DNA from: a bacterium
Lineage (GTDB): Bacteria > Patescibacteriota > Minisyncoccia > UBA6257 > JAGOQP01
DNA length: 64,000 bases
Reading direction: 5' to 3'
NCBI GenBank assembly: GCA_021814695.1
Contig: JAKAHY010000002.1
Span: forward strand, 8,920-72,919
The position numbers and the translations under genes were made by a program. Within the stretch, counting starts at the first letter, position 1, and every line of letters starts with the position of its first letter. Below are positions 24,514-32,149 of this stretch, in pieces. The notes beneath the pieces are model-generated. The model made no database searches, was not told the DNA's origin, and saw only the letters and a program-made list of their open reading frames with translations.

Positions 24514-26040
24514 ATGAACACGATAGATTTTATGTATCTTGGAATAGCCCTACTTGCGGGAGCGGTAGTCGGCTACATTGTTAGGCAAAACGTCGTTTCA
24601 AAACAAGCGGCGTCGGTCGAAGAAAAAATAAAGCATCAACTTGAGGAAAGTAGGGCCAAATCGAAAGAGGTCATCTTGGAGGCACAGCAAAAATCAGCTC
24701 AAATTCTTGAAGATATAAAACGCGACGAGCGTGACAGGAAGTTGCAGCTGGATAAAGTAGAAGAGAGACTTTTAAAAAAAGAAGAACTCTTGGAACGCGA
24801 AGGGCTTGAGTTGAAGGACAAGGAAAAATCCATACAGACGGATGTCCAAAAATTAATCGACGCCAAAGCTCATATTGAAGAGCTTAAGTCGAATGTTATC
24901 AAGGAGTTGGAAAAAGTATCCGGTCTCAGCGCTGAAGAGGCTAAAAAAATCATTTTAAAGGACGTTGAACAAAAATATCAGCAGGATTTGGCCGAATACG
25001 TCAAAAAAATGATGGGCGAAAGACGGGAAGAAATCGAAAAACAGGCAATCGGAATTTTATCCACGGCAATCCAGCGCTACAGCCGCTCATCGGCAGCTGA
25101 ATTGACAACTACCACCGTTCAGTTACCCGACGAAGAATTTAAGGGTAAAATTATCGGAAAAGAGGGCAGAAACATCCGGACGTTCGAAAAAGTTACGGGC
25201 GTTGAGCTCGTTATCGACGAAACTCCAGATAGTATAGTTATTTCTTCGTTTGATCCGGTCAGAAGAGAAGTGGCCAGGATGGCATTGGAGAAACTTATAA
25301 AAGACGGAAGAATCCAGCCGGCAAAAATCGAGGAAAAAGTGGAAGAGGCTACTCAGGAAATAAACAAAAAAATCGGAGAAGCCGGAGAAGCGGCAGCTTA
25401 TGAAGTCGGAGTTTATGACTTACCCAAAGAAATAATCCAACTTCTCGGTCGGCTTAATTTCAGAACCAGCTATGGTCAAAATGTTCTCAGGCATTCAACG
25501 GAAGTTGCTCATTTTGCCGGAATGATTGCCGAAGAGCTTGGTCTTAATGCCGATATCGCCAAAAAAGGAGCGCTTCTGCATGATATCGGAAAATCGATTG
25601 ACCACGAGGTTGCCGGAAGCCACGTAGACATAGGAAGAAAAATCTTAAAAAAATATGGAGTCAGTGATGTCGTTATCCAGTCAATGGAGGCTCATCATGA
25701 GGAATATCCTTTTGCAATACCCGAAGCGTATGTAGTAGCTGCAGCTGATGCATTATCTGCGGCCAGGCCGGGAGCCAGAAGGGATACTCTTGAAAACTAC
25801 ATCAAACGCCTGGGAGATTTGGAAAATATCGCTTCCGGATTTGAAGGAGTTAAGAATGCATATGCCATTTCTGCGGGAAGAGAGCTTAGGATATTCGTCA
25901 CTCCGGAAAAAATAGACGATTTCGGATCACTCCAATTGGCCCGTGAAATCGCAAAGAAAATAGAGTCGGAATTGAAATATCCCGGAGAAATCAAGGTTGT
26001 AGTTATGAGGGAGACCAGGGCGGTAGAATACGCCAAATAA
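24514..26040 (+). CDS. rny: Ribonuclease Y
   Basis: N-terminal TM, coiled coil, KH domain (GKIIGKEGRNIR), HD domain (LLHDIGK). Confidence 0.9.
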   Translation: MNTIDFMYLGIALLAGAVVGYIVRQNVVSKQAASVEEKIKHQLEESRAKSKEVILEAQQKSAQILEDIKRDERDRKLQLDKVEERLLKKEELLEREGLELKDKEKSIQTDVQKLIDAKAHIEELKSNVIKELEKVSGLSAEEAKKIILKDVEQKYQQDLAEYVKKMMGERREEIEKQAIGILSTAIQRYSRSSAAELTTTTVQLPDEEFKGKIIGKEGRNIRTFEKVTGVELVIDETPDSIVISSFDPVRREVARMALEKLIKDGRIQPAKIEEKVEEATQEINKKIGEAGEAAAYEVGVYDLPKEIIQLLGRLNFRTSYGQNVLRHSTEVAHFAGMIAEELGLNADIAKKGALLHDIGKSIDHEVAGSHVDIGRKILKKYGVSDVVIQSMEAHHEEYPFAIPEAYVVAAADALSAARPGARRDTLENYIKRLGDLENIASGFEGVKNAYAISAGRELRIFVTPEKIDDFGSLQLAREIAKKIESELKYPGEIKVVVMRETRAVEYAK

Positions 26041-26076
26041 AATAATAAGAAAATAAGCCAATTTTGTGTGAATAAC

Positions 26077-26109
26077 CAAAAAACCGGACATTAATTCCGG
26101 TTTTTTGTT
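26077..26109 (+). terminator. Rho-independent terminator after rny
   Basis: AACCGGAcattaatTCCGGTTttttg. Confidence 0.7.
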
Positions 26110-26258
26110 ATAAAAAAGTGAGTATTTAAGCGGTTTTTTGCTATTTCACAGGAAATGCACAAAACACCGCATATTTGCTTGTTTTTTTAAAACAGTATCT
26201 GCTACAATTATCTAAAGTAATAAAAGGTCGTTTATTTAGCGCGTAAAATGTGTTTAAT

Positions 26259-26534
26259 ATGAAAAAGCCAGAATTAGTAGAAGCAGTAATGAAAGCGGCT
26301 GGACTCGAAGTGAAAAAGCAAGCGACAGAAGCCGTTGAAGCTGTATTCGATACTATCTCAAAGGTTTTGAGCAAGGGAGAAGAGGTTGCTATTTCGGGAT
26401 TTGGAACTTTTAAAGTCGCCAAGAGAGCGGCTCGCGAAGGAATCAATCCTCGAACCGGAGAAAAAATCCAGATTGCAGCTTCAATCAAGCCCAAGTTCAG
26501 AGCAGCAAAAGCACTTAAGGAAGCTGTCAAATAA
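26259..26534 (+). CDS. hup: DNA-binding protein HU
   Basis: MKKPELVEAV...ISGFGTF.V..R.AR.GRNP.TGE.I.I; the ORF track's start at 26250 adds MFN. Confidence 0.9.
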   Translation: MKKPELVEAVMKAAGLEVKKQATEAVEAVFDTISKVLSKGEEVAISGFGTFKVAKRAAREGINPRTGEKIQIAASIKPKFRAAKALKEAVK

Positions 26535-26610
26535 TCGTTTCTATAGAAATATAAAAATAACCCTAAGGTGAGGTCTTTGGGGTTATTTTTTATATACAAA
26601 GACAAACAAA

Positions 26611-26640
26611 AAACCGCTTTCAGCGGCTTTTTAGAAAAGA
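26611..26640. terminator. Bidirectional terminator
   Basis: aaaaaaCCGCTttcAGCGGcttttt. Confidence 0.6.
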
Positions 26641-26643
26641 TGT

Positions 26644-27585
26644 TTATTGAAGATATTTTTTAACGTTGACGCTCATATTGATGAATGTATCGTAAGCGTT
26701 CTTTATGTTGTTGTATGCTTCCGAAACGGTGTTTGCGATGTAAGAATCTATATCATCCTGGGTAACTCTAATGGTTGAGGTGTCCGTAAGGGGATACTGA
26801 GCTTCAATTGAGGATATTTTTTGGGAAAGTATTTTTTCCTTAAGTGTAGCCACAAATTCGTCAGTTGAGGTGGTGGTTGTGCTCGTATAAAGATTCAGTA
26901 TTGCCTGGCTTGAATCGTCGTTGAGTGCGTGGGCATTCTTTAGATTTTCGGCCGCTTGATTATAAAGGTTTCTGAGCGCCTGATTTTGGGTCAATTTATT
27001 CGAATAAATTCTATTAACGTCGATTCCTACCTTGGACAATCTGTCATCGGCCACCGAAAGGACGCTATTTATATTAACTGCCGCCAAGACATTGTTGGCT
27101 CTCGCTACGTCTTTGTCTATGTTGTTGGATTTCATCGCCTCAAGAGCTCTGGCAAAGCTTTTCAGATCCGCAGCCGTCATATCCTGATTATCTTGGAGTG
27201 AGGATTGGGTATTGTCGTAGTAGGATGAGTCTTGATTTAAAATGTTCAAAAGGTAATTACGAACGTTATTCCATTCGTCGTTTTTCGGAAGAGTGCTGCT
27301 GGAAAGTTGATTCTGGACATCTGAAAGTTGGGATTGAGCGACATCAATTACATTGGATATGATTTCGCGCCTGAGATCAATTTCCATCTTTTGTTTAGGT
27401 CCCGTGGGGATAGTCATGTCGTCCTGAATCTTGAGAAGCTTGGCTACATCATCTTTAGTCTGGGAAAGCTTTGCGTTTATTGAGTCGTCGGCAAACGCCG
27501 ATTTTGTACCGGCTAAGGTCGTTAAAATTAATACTGTCACGAACAATACGACCAGGACATGTTTTGTTTTATAAAAAATTTTCAT
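26644..27585 (-). CDS. Secreted hypothetical protein (signal peptide, Q/N/D-rich helical); last gene of the ECF sigma operon
   Basis: Signal peptide MKIFYKTKHVLVVLFVTVLILTTLAGTKSAFA|DD. Confidence 0.65.
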   Translation of the reverse strand: MKIFYKTKHVLVVLFVTVLILTTLAGTKSAFADDSINAKLSQTKDDVAKLLKIQDDMTIPTGPKQKMEIDLRREIISNVIDVAQSQLSDVQNQLSSSTLPKNDEWNNVRNYLLNILNQDSSYYDNTQSSLQDNQDMTAADLKSFARALEAMKSNNIDKDVARANNVLAAVNINSVLSVADDRLSKVGIDVNRIYSNKLTQNQALRNLYNQAAENLKNAHALNDDSSQAILNLYTSTTTTSTDEFVATLKEKILSQKISSIEAQYPLTDTSTIRVTQDDIDSYIANTVSEAYNNIKNAYDTFINMSVNVKKYLQ

Positions 27586-27587
27586 AT

Positions 27588-28133
27588 TTATTTAGTAATT
27601 GAATTTAAAATATCATTCACGTCGCTTGTAGTAGATGACGTCGAATCGGATGGATTTGCCGAATTTATCTTTGTTTGCTCCCCTTTAATCACGGACTCGC
27701 TTAAATGAGCGGGGGTGTTGGCAGCTACCTCTTTAAGGGCTGACGCGCTTTCGCTCGCGTCTTGTTCAAAGCGTTGTATATGTGAAAGTTGAACGTCTAT
27801 TGATGCGTTTATCATATCGGCCTCCGCTACAACTCCGCGCTGGTTTAATCCGGGCAAAAATAGGGGAGAAAGCTGGGAGGTGGCCAAATAAATTATTATA
27901 AATAAGCCGACGGTTGCAGTTGCAACGGCTAATCCGCGCCACACATTTTGGAACAAAGAAGTGAATGAAATCGTTCTCAAATCTGCGGTAGCAGCGGCAA
28001 ATGACGGGCTTTCCTGGATAGTGGGTGTAAATGGAGTAGCCAGAATTATATTTTTGGAACGCTCCGAATACGCCTTATCGGGCGTTATGGTTCTGAATTG
28101 TTCCAATATTTTTATAATTTGATTATGCTTCAT
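27588..28133 (-). CDS. Putative anti-sigma factor (single-pass membrane protein)
   Basis: Translationally coupled to the ECF sigma (overlap 28123-28133); central TM GLAVATATVGLFIIIYLA. Confidence 0.55.
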   Translation of the reverse strand: MKHNQIIKILEQFRTITPDKAYSERSKNIILATPFTPTIQESPSFAAATADLRTISFTSLFQNVWRGLAVATATVGLFIIIYLATSQLSPLFLPGLNQRGVVAEADMINASIDVQLSHIQRFEQDASESASALKEVAANTPAHLSESVIKGEQTKINSANPSDSTSSTTSDVNDILNSITK

Positions 28134-28683
28134 ATTTTTCCAGTTCCTTTTTCAGTTGCCGGAGCGCCCTGAATTGCAGCACGCGTACGGCGCCATGGTT
28201 TTTTCCGGTGATTTTAGCTATTTCTTTGGGAGATAGTCCTTCTACGAACCTCATAAGTATAATTTCCTGATAATCCGATGGTAGTCGCTTGATTGTTTTG
28301 TAAACCGTTTCCACCTCTAATTTATTGGAGAGCATTTCCTCGCTGCTTTTTGTGGTCAGTGACAAAACTTCATCGGGGATATCATCAATGTTGGTTATTT
28401 GTTTTTTTGTCCTATAAAAATCAATGACCTTATTTCTGGCAATTTTATATAACCAACTTGCCATAGGAAGGCCCTGATCCTGAAACATCTCAATGTTCTG
28501 CCAAGCACTTAAAAATACCTGATGGGTGAGGTCCTCAGCTTCCTCACGCTGGCTTACTTTTAGGAATATAAACCGAAATAGTTTCGGTTGATATTTGTCG
28601 TAAAGCAAGCCAAAAGCCGAGGCCTCACCCCGGATAGCGCGCTCTAGTAAGTCTCTTTCGTTGTCTATGCGCTCATCTTTCAT
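28123..28683 (-). CDS. ECF (sigma-70 family, group 4) RNA polymerase sigma factor
   Basis: Region 2 LTHQVFLSAWQN..F.....WLYKIARNKVIDFYR and region 4 HTH EIAKITGKNHGAVRV. Confidence 0.9.
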   Translation of the reverse strand: MKDERIDNERDLLERAIRGEASAFGLLYDKYQPKLFRFIFLKVSQREEAEDLTHQVFLSAWQNIEMFQDQGLPMASWLYKIARNKVIDFYRTKKQITNIDDIPDEVLSLTTKSSEEMLSNKLEVETVYKTIKRLPSDYQEIILMRFVEGLSPKEIAKITGKNHGAVRVLQFRALRQLKKELEKYEA

Positions 28684-28846
28684 AATAAACGAATAAGAAT
28701 GCCTTGTGTTTCAGTTGTTTTAGCAGGCATTCTCGTAGTTTTAAGCCCCCTTTTCTGGGGGCATACCACATTATGGCATATATCCTTGAGAAAGGGAAGG
28801 AATATTCAAAGGATGGCTACTTTAGTAACCGAACGGAATAGTAGTA

Positions 28847-28875
28847 TTGACTAATATGTTATATTATGTTAATAT
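28847..28875 (+). promoter_or_regulatory. Sigma70-like promoter TTGACT-17-TAATAT for the GC-rich small membrane-protein gene
   Basis: TTGACTaatatgttatattatgtTAATAT; SD AAAGGAG lies 7 nt before the ATG at 28898. Confidence 0.45.
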
Positions 28876-28897
28876 TATGGCAGAAAGGAGATTGCCC

Positions 28898-29116
28898 ATG
28901 AACAGCACGAATAAGCGGAGGGGTTGGATCGGCGTGATCGGGGCGGCGGGGTTGGCGGTTCTGTTATACGCCAACACTCTCAATGTTGTGGCTCATATGG
29001 CCAGCGGCCGCGGCTCGTTGGGTTTGGGCATCCCGCTCGCCCTCATATTCGGTGGCGGGACCTACTTCTTCGGGGACATCGCGCTCAAGAAGGCGAGGTA
29101 TCTCGCCAGCCACTAG
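28898..29116 (+). CDS. Small 2-TM membrane peptide (72 aa) encoded by about 63% GC, GC3-rich DNA (the ORF track's longer ORF starts inside the promoter)
   Basis: MNSTNKRRGWIGVIGAAGLAVLLYANTL...GLGIPLALIFGGGTYFFGDIALKKARYLASH; own promoter, SD and terminator. Confidence 0.5.
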   Translation: MNSTNKRRGWIGVIGAAGLAVLLYANTLNVVAHMASGRGSLGLGIPLALIFGGGTYFFGDIALKKARYLASH

Positions 29117-29140
29117 CAGTTCTTTGTTTCGTTCGACGTG

Positions 29141-29170
29141 AACGGTTCTACGGAGCCGTTCCTTTTTTTA
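29141..29170 (+). terminator. Rho-independent terminator
   Basis: AACGGttctacggagCCGTTccttttttta. Confidence 0.65.
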
Positions 29171-29233
29171 TCCCACACCTTTTATTTGCAAATAAAAGAT
29201 GCGGGATTTTATAAACCCTGGTAATATGAGGCA

Positions 29234-30157
29234 ATGCTTTTTTCGCGAATAACAAAAAAAGATATTTTGATATTTATCGTCGTTTTCCTGGTTTTGGGCG
29301 CTATTTTTGTTTTACATAAGCCCACATCGTTTATCGGAGATAATTATGCCGTTGTGGAAAATTCGAGCATCCCCAAACTTCAGGTGGCTACCTCATTTCC
29401 ATTGGCGGCTGATTGGATAAATTCCGTCGGCAAAGACCGGGTTCAGGTACAGGTTTTTGCATCACCCACGGATGATGGGCTGATTCAGTGGCTAAAAAAG
29501 CCCTCTTCGGATGCTCCACAGGAGACCAAAGTTTTTGTTTCTATGGGAAATAATTTTGACCAATGGGCCCAAGAACTGTCCGGGGGAGATCCCAAAATAA
29601 AAATTGATGTTATGATTTTGAGTAATTTTGCGTCTCCGGTTAAAACATATCCTACTTTATCGGGTTCTTCTAAGAACGCTGAAAATTCCTCACCTTACTA
29701 TTGGCTTTCACTTGAGAATGTCCGGGAGTCAGTTCAGGGCATTGCCCGGGAATTTGGAAAAGTTGATGCTGCCGATAGGGAATATTTTATAAACAATGCA
29801 TATGAATATTCTGTCAGACTCGATTCGCTGCTGCACGAAACTGTGGATGTTTTGGGAAGTATCAGAAATACCGCAGTGGCACTTGATGGCGCCAGATGGG
29901 CTCCTTTTGTAGACAGTTTGCAGTTGCGGGTTGTCGGGTTGTTTGATTCAAACTCCACAGAAGACATCAAGGCTATTCTTAAAAAAAATAAAATCACCAC
30001 AGTTGTGACCGATAGCGATTCGAACGGCCGATTTTTGGAACCGGCATTATCCGGGACGACCGTATCGGTTGCTGTCATAGATCCCTGGGGACTTAATAGC
30101 AATAACTACGTGGATTTTATGCGCTCTAATATTTCGGAACTGATGAAAGCGCTTTAG
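29234..30157 (+). CDS. ZnuA/TroA-family substrate-binding protein homolog with degenerate metal site
   Basis: Collinear with the ZnuA at 43054 (ATSFPLAADWINSVG ~ ATTIFPVFDIARNIVG; SPYYWLSLEN ~ DPHYWLALNN), but His/Asp ligands are replaced (DPH to SPY). Confidence 0.65.
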   Translation: MLFSRITKKDILIFIVVFLVLGAIFVLHKPTSFIGDNYAVVENSSIPKLQVATSFPLAADWINSVGKDRVQVQVFASPTDDGLIQWLKKPSSDAPQETKVFVSMGNNFDQWAQELSGGDPKIKIDVMILSNFASPVKTYPTLSGSSKNAENSSPYYWLSLENVRESVQGIAREFGKVDAADREYFINNAYEYSVRLDSLLHETVDVLGSIRNTAVALDGARWAPFVDSLQLRVVGLFDSNSTEDIKAILKKNKITTVVTDSDSNGRFLEPALSGTTVSVAVIDPWGLNSNNYVDFMRSNISELMKAL

Positions 30158-30227
30158 TTTTTATAAAAAAGTTTATTAACATGATGGACTTTTTTTAAAA
30201 ATCACGATAACATAAACTCACAAATTT

Positions 30228-30299
30228 GCGGGTATCGTATAGCGGCTATTATACTTCCTTGCCAAGGAAGAGATACGGGTCCGACTCCCGTTACCCGCT
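30228..30299 (+). tRNA. tRNA-Gly (GCC)
   Basis: Acceptor GCGGGTA/TACCCGC; anticodon arm CTTCC-TTGCCAA-GGAAG; T-arm ACGGG-TCCGACT-CCCGT. Confidence 0.9.
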
Positions 30300-30302
30300 C
30301 AA

Positions 30303-30337
30303 AAACAAAAATTACCCAAACGGGTAATTTTTGTTTT
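30303..30337. terminator. Perfect 11-bp hairpin terminator after tRNA-Gly
   Basis: AAAAATTACCCaaaCGGGTAATTTTTgtttt. Confidence 0.6.
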
Positions 30338-30466
30338 GGGTGTTGACGGGGTAGGATGCGGGGTGGTCGAGGGGCTGCAAGCCCCTCGTGTTGGAAATTA
30401 TTCAAAACCGAGGGTTTTGAAGGAGCGAATATAATGAGCGACGTCCGATTTCCCGTTACCCGCTCA
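30336..30466 (+). repeat. tRNA-trailer structured element, copy E1, ending in a duplicate of the tRNA-Gly(GCC) 3' end
   Basis: GGGGTGGTCGAGGGGctgcaaGCCCCTCGTGTTGGAAATTA-TTCAAAACCgagGGTTTTGAAGGAG-CGAATATAATGAGCGACGTCCGATTTCCC followed by GTTACCCGCTCA (= tRNA 3' end). Confidence 0.6.
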
Positions 30467-30502
30467 AAAACAAAAAGCACCACAAGGGTGTTTTTTGTTT
30501 TC

Positions 30503-30650
30503 TGTCCGCCCGGAAGGGAGTCTCACGTCGCTCCGACATTGCGTCGGAGCTCCCAAGACACCCTCGGTTTCTTGACGCTCCTCCGGAGCTTTTTCCTACA
30601 CGGGAGATTAAGCATCTCCCGACCCCTCTCTATTCAATTCCTTGTTGACG
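30503..30650 (-). repeat. tRNA-trailer structured element, copy E2 (minus strand), fused to a duplicate of the tRNA-Lys 3' end
   Basis: Minus strand GGAATTGAATAGAGAG-GGGTCGGGAGATgcttaATCTCCCGTGTAGGAAAAAG-CTCCggaGGAG-CGTCAAGAAACCGAGGGTGTCTTGGGAG-CTCCGACgcaatGTCGGAG-CGACGTGAGACTCCC-TTCCGGGCGGACA. Confidence 0.6.
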
Positions 30651-30689
30651 AACAAAACAAAAAATATTCACAAAGGATATTTCTTATTT

Positions 30690-30826
30690 TGTCCGCCCGG
30701 AAGGGAATCTCACGTCGCTCCGACCTTGCGTCGGAGCTCCTTAAAACCATTCGGTTTTAATATTTCCTCCACGGAAAACCTTCGGTTTCCCGACCCCATC
30801 CGATTTGATTCCTTTACTGACGAATA
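30690..30826 (-). repeat. tRNA-trailer structured element, copy E3 (minus strand), fused to a second duplicate of the tRNA-Lys 3' end
   Basis: Minus strand GGAATCAAATCGGAT-GGGGTCGGGAAACCgaagGTTTTCCGTGGAGGAAATA-TTAAAACCgaatGGTTTTAA-GGAG-CTCCGACgcaagGTCGGAG-CGACGTGAGATTCCC-TTCCGGGCGGACA. Confidence 0.6.
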
Positions 30827-30865
30827 TAAAACAAAAAGCACCACAAGGGTGTTTTTTGTTTTCTG

Positions 30866-30938
30866 TCCGCCCGGAAGGGATCGAACCTTCGACCGTCTCC
30901 TTAAGAGGGAGCTGCTCTACCAGCTGAGCTACGGGCGG
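30866..30938 (-). tRNA. tRNA-Lys (CTT)
   Basis: Minus strand CCGCCCG-TA-GCTCAGCTGGTAGAGC-A-GCTCC-CTCTTAA-GGAGA-CGGTC-GAAGG-TTCGATC-CCTTC-CGGGCGG-A. Confidence 0.9.
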
Positions 30939-30978
30939 TACGAAACCATTCTGCCATCAAAAAAATAATTTTGCAATC

Positions 30979-31920
30979 TTATGGCTGAAAAATCGGTTGG
31001 GTTTGTCCATCAATTGAAAGCGTTATGGATTTTATTGTTGGAAATTGAAGGAGTGTTTGTTTTATTTGTGCCACACGCATTGCCATGGAACATGAACCGC
31101 CCCCAGATTCTGTTAGCGAATTAAAATCGGCATGCGCATTGTCGTTGCTGTCTATGGAAAGAGAATTTAAATCAGAACCTGGTGGCAAGGAGCTTGTATA
31201 TCCGGAATCACTTTCGTCTTGAGTTGGCCCGGCAAAAAGCAATTCCAGTGCTGCCGTCGCTATTTTGGGAGTGGTTATTATCTGTCTTTCTACGGGAACA
31301 ACTTCTTTGCAGGTTTTTTCCGGCTTTATTTTATTGTTGGCAAAATAAACCTTGATTGAAACGAATTCCGGCATGGACGATTTGGAAGAGCTTACTTGTA
31401 AAGATTGGATAATTTTTAATGATTCATCAACCGGTTTCTTCAGATGAGCAATGACAAAACCGGGTGTTTGGGCAAAAATTATCCATTCGTCGGTAATATT
31501 TGAATAAGTAGCAACATCATTCGTCTTATAAGAAAAATTATTTAAAGAAGGTAAACAATCCGGACATTGTGACTTATATTGATTTTCCCAAAAATCTTTT
31601 GCCGAAGGGAAACCGGCAGCACCGTTATAGAAAAAAGAAACCGTATTTATCTGATTATTTGAAAGATTTTCTATGGTAACAAGCGATGGCAATGTAACTT
31701 TTGACTTAAGAGAAAATTTATCTTTGGGGTATGAAAATTGGTAAGCGATATTTTGAAAATCGCCTTCATATCCGACAACGTAAGAGTTTGAGAAGGTTGC
31801 CAGTTCCGGAGAAGGAGATGGGGCATTAACGGTTGAAATGGGATTATTTTTTATGAATCCAAAATAAGCGGCTATTGTCGCCAATAAAAATAATAAAATA
31901 AAAATAATTGTTTTCTTCAT
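30979..31920 (-). CDS. Secreted or lipoprotein-like protein with C-terminal GerMN-like (sporulation/germination, Gmad2-type) domain
   Basis: Signal peptide MKKTIIFILLFLLATIAA; C-terminal LLFAGPTQDE..GYTSSLPPG...AHADFNSLTESGGGSCSMAMRVAQIKQTLLQFPTIKSITLSIDGQ. Confidence 0.65.
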   Translation of the reverse strand: MKKTIIFILLFLLATIAAYFGFIKNNPISTVNAPSPSPELATFSNSYVVGYEGDFQNIAYQFSYPKDKFSLKSKVTLPSLVTIENLSNNQINTVSFFYNGAAGFPSAKDFWENQYKSQCPDCLPSLNNFSYKTNDVATYSNITDEWIIFAQTPGFVIAHLKKPVDESLKIIQSLQVSSSKSSMPEFVSIKVYFANNKIKPEKTCKEVVPVERQIITTPKIATAALELLFAGPTQDESDSGYTSSLPPGSDLNSLSIDSNDNAHADFNSLTESGGGSCSMAMRVAQIKQTLLQFPTIKSITLSIDGQTQPIFQP

Positions 31921-31925
31921 TGTTG

Positions 31926-31997
31926 TGCCCCCGCCAGGATTTGAACCCGGAATTCATGGTTCGAAGCCATGCGTGATATCCATTTCACTACAGGGGC
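31926..31997 (-). tRNA. tRNA-Arg (TCG)
   Basis: Minus strand GCCCCTG...CATGG-CTTCGAA-CCATG...CCGGG-TTCAAAT-CCTGG-CGGGGGC-A. Confidence 0.85.
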
Positions 31998-32149
31998 AAA
32001 TTTCGGCGGGCAGGGAAGCCAGATATTCTACCTGCCCCGTTAAAATTGCTATGCAATTTTTTCGGGGTCCGTTGAAATAAGGGGGCTTATTTTTTTCAGT
32101 AATTTTACTATGCCAGTATGGTATGATTTAATCAATACCTCTTATTAAT

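Noticed and set aside
28847-28897. Longer N-terminal extension of the small GC-rich peptide ('MTNMLYYVNIMAERRLP')
   Set aside because: This segment is AT-rich promoter sequence (TTGACT...TAATAT). The SD precedes the ATG at 28898, where the GC-rich coding composition begins.
30500-30830. Possible CRISPR array (spaced direct repeats of about 50 nt)
   Set aside because: There are only two or three repeat copies. The 'spacers' are themselves homologous to each other, the repeats are tRNA 3' fragments, and there are no cas genes.
30356-30968. ORFs 30356..30760 and 30642..30968 ('MRGGRGAASP...', 'MLTNKTKNIHKGYF...')
   Set aside because: They run through the tRNA-Gly/tRNA-Lys repeat array and the tRNA-Lys gene itself. 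Repeated peptide segments mirror the DNA repeats, and there are no translation signals.
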